NCBI GenBank assembly: GCA_963693365.1
Contig: CAVNZM010000026.1
Location: forward strand, 1-61,809
From: Amoebidium appalachense
Lineage: Eukaryota > Protista > Ichthyosporea
DNA length: 61,809 nt
Direction: 5' to 3'
In this document: in pieces, positions 59,695-61,809 of the stretch
How the letters are laid out: each line of letters opens with the position of its first letter
Position numbering within the stretch: the stretch's first letter is position 1
Translations under genes and position numbers: made by a program
Notes under the pieces: model-generated
What the model was told of the DNA's origin: nothing
The model's input: the letters and a program-made list of their open reading frames with translations, nothing else
The model's database searches: none

Positions 59695-60045
59695 TTTTTG
59701 TATCAGCGCTGGCGTGTACTCCACTTTTGTATCAGCGCTGGCGCTGTGATTGTCGTGTACTCCACTTTTGTATCAGCGCTGGCGGCTCACTTTTGTATCA
59801 GCGTGGCGTGTACTCCACTTTTGTATCAGCGCTGGCGGTACTCCACTTTTGTATCAGCGCTGGCGTGTACTCCACTTTTGTATCAGCGCTGGCGCTGTGA
59901 TTGTCGTGTACTCCACTTTTGTATCAGCGCTGGCGGTACTCCACTTTTGTATCAGCGCTGGCGGACTCCACTTTTGATCAGCTGGCGTGTACTCCACTTT
60001 TGTATCAGCGCTGGCGCTGTGATTGTCGTGTACTCCACTTTTGTA
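59695..60045. repeat. Short tandem repeat gtactccacttttgtatcagcgctggc
   Basis: About 11 copies. Confidence 0.93.
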
Positions 60046-60064
60046 GCGCGGTGTGTTAATTGAT

Positions 60065-60385
60065 TTAAAAGTCCGAGTGACTTGTTTGTCTCAGAGTGGT
60101 GTCGTACTCCGCAGCACCCGTCTTCTTATTGAAATAGTATATGACTGCATACACCAATGGTGTAACCAATAAACATGTGAGGACAATAGCAGCGCTGACG
60201 TACACCAGATACATTTTGTTCACTTTCTCTCTAGCATTCGGTTCGGACTTCATTAAATTGTACCAGTGTATATTTGCAACGACACTGCATATAGATATCA
60301 CATAAAGAATGCCTGTGGTGACCGTGCTGTCGAACATGTACGTGTACCTCACAAAACTTTCAGTATCCGACGTGTTACACCCCAA
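60065..60385 (-). CDS. Possible two-TM membrane protein (fragment or exon)
   Basis: Two hydrophobic helices; start uncertain. Confidence 0.4.
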   Translation of the reverse strand: MGCNTSDTESFVRYTYMFDSTVTTGILYVISICSVVANIHWYNLMKSEPNAREKVNKMYLVYVSAAIVLTCLLVTPLVYAVIYYFNKKTGAAEYDTTLRQTSHSDF

Positions 60386-60641
60386 AAGTGACCTCTCTGA
60401 GATCTTGCCTGTGGTACAAACTCTTGATGCCGTGTTGCTCTTGTGTTTTACCAGTACCCCTCTCTCCAGATGCCGAATTTAGATTGGAATTCGTGAATAC
60501 ACCCATGTGATTGGTCAGTGGTTTGGCACCAAGAGATTGATTGATATGCCATCAACCAGTCAACAAAAAGTACTCGCTTTTACTTTTTGTCTCGCTTCAC
60601 CCCAATCCAAGAACAGTGCACACCAAAACAAAACACTAGAA

Positions 60642-61124
60642 ATGGGAGACGCACTTTTGCGCCCCGATTCGGTTGACCCCGAACGATGCCCTGCATTTGC
60701 ACCCTCAAAAAAAGCCCAGTGCAAAAACAAAAAGAAAACATGCCCACACCACAAGGACGGCTTCAAGCCCTGGGTATGCTTTGCCCCTGCCACCGGTGTC
60801 CTCCTCTACAGCGACAACACCATCAACATCCTCCACACCCACAAGGCCGGGGACTATGCTCATGCAAACCTCCTGCTGGACGACCTCCTGGCCGCCTTTA
60901 CAGTCGCAGAAATGCAGCGCCCTCGCACCGAGCGCACCGGGGTACCCGCGCTGACTGTGTCCACTCCGGATCCACCCATGGGTGCACCACAGCCACCGGT
61001 TGCAGCTGCAGCGGTGGGTGTGGGCAGGGAAAATGGGTACTGCCAGGGCAAAACCAAGGCTGGCAATCCCTGCAAAAACAGGGTGAAATCTACGACCCAT
61101 TGCCATAAGCACAAGCCCAAATAA
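60642..61124 (+). CDS. Small protein with two C-C-C-H zinc fingers (DUF5763-like)
   Basis: CPAF..QCKN..CPHH and CQGKTKAGNPCKN..HCHKH. Confidence 0.7.
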   Translation: MGDALLRPDSVDPERCPAFAPSKKAQCKNKKKTCPHHKDGFKPWVCFAPATGVLLYSDNTINILHTHKAGDYAHANLLLDDLLAAFTVAEMQRPRTERTGVPALTVSTPDPPMGAPQPPVAAAAVGVGRENGYCQGKTKAGNPCKNRVKSTTHCHKHKPK

Positions 61125-61809
61125 AAAAACCACCCACACACCCACACGTGCCAACATACACTATCCTCCCCGTGAGTGGCATGCCAGTCTCCCCAGCCCC
61201 CCTGCCCCCCTGCCCCCCTGCCCCCCTGCTCCCCTGCCACATGCACACCCACACACTGGGTGCCCCCCTGCCCCCCTGCCTCCCGGAACCAGGCCCCCCA
61301 GTGGTGGCATTCCAACACGTGCATGCTAGAAGATCGTGCTACATGAACAAATGGTCTTAACTCAGCCATACATGGGGGATAGCATGGTTCCCCCACTCTC
61401 CCCAGCCTCCTGTGCACGTGTGCCCTCCCCCGACCCCCTGCCTCCCCTGCACGTGTGCCCCCCCTGCCTCCCGGAACCACGGCCCCCAGTGGTGGCAGTG
61501 AGTGTCCCCCCTGCCTCCCCTGCACGTGTGCCCCCCCGCGCCGGACCACGGCCCCAGGGGGCAGAGGTCCCCCCTGCCTCCCCTGCACGTGTGCCCCCCC
61601 TGCCTCCCCTGCCTCCCGGAACCACGCCCCGGCGCAGTGGCAGCTATTTTTAGATATAGAGATTCCATGGCCACATGGCCAGATGGCCAGATCATTTTGC
61701 TCACCGTTTTATCCCGTTTTATCCACCTTTTTCCACACACTGAATTTGACCTGGCCATCTGGCCATCTGGGTAGAGACCGTTTTCTGTTCTGGTATTGGA
61801 GAACTGTCT

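Overview
Eukaryotic genomic DNA with three zones. (1) ~1-7.75 kb: microsatellite-rich host-type sequence holding a spliced DDE/D-type (Sola/DUF7869-like) transposase gene. (2) ~7.77-47.1 kb: a gene-dense, mostly intronless, GC-rich segment that reads as a giant endogenous viral element (Nucleocytoviricota). It encodes VLTF3, an A22/RuvC-like Holliday junction resolvase, a G9/A16-like entry-fusion protein, two penton-like paralogues, a D5/SF3 helicase, a Nudix hydrolase, SWIB, an aquaporin, two protease-like genes, PD-(D/E)XK nucleases and a KilA/BRO-like multigene family. It also shows a recurring AGGTATAAAAG promoter, one spliceosomal intron, iteron-like inverted arrays on both sides of the helicase, and a fold-back repeat insertion. 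(3) ~47.2-61.8 kb: repeat-rich sequence with a multi-exon KDM4-like JmjN/JmjC demethylase gene, a repeat/coiled-coil gene and a small zinc-finger gene. No major capsid protein, B-family polymerase or packaging ATPase is recognisable in this window. All family calls come from motif recognition by eye, not from database searches. The many single-base frameshifts may be decay or long-read errors.
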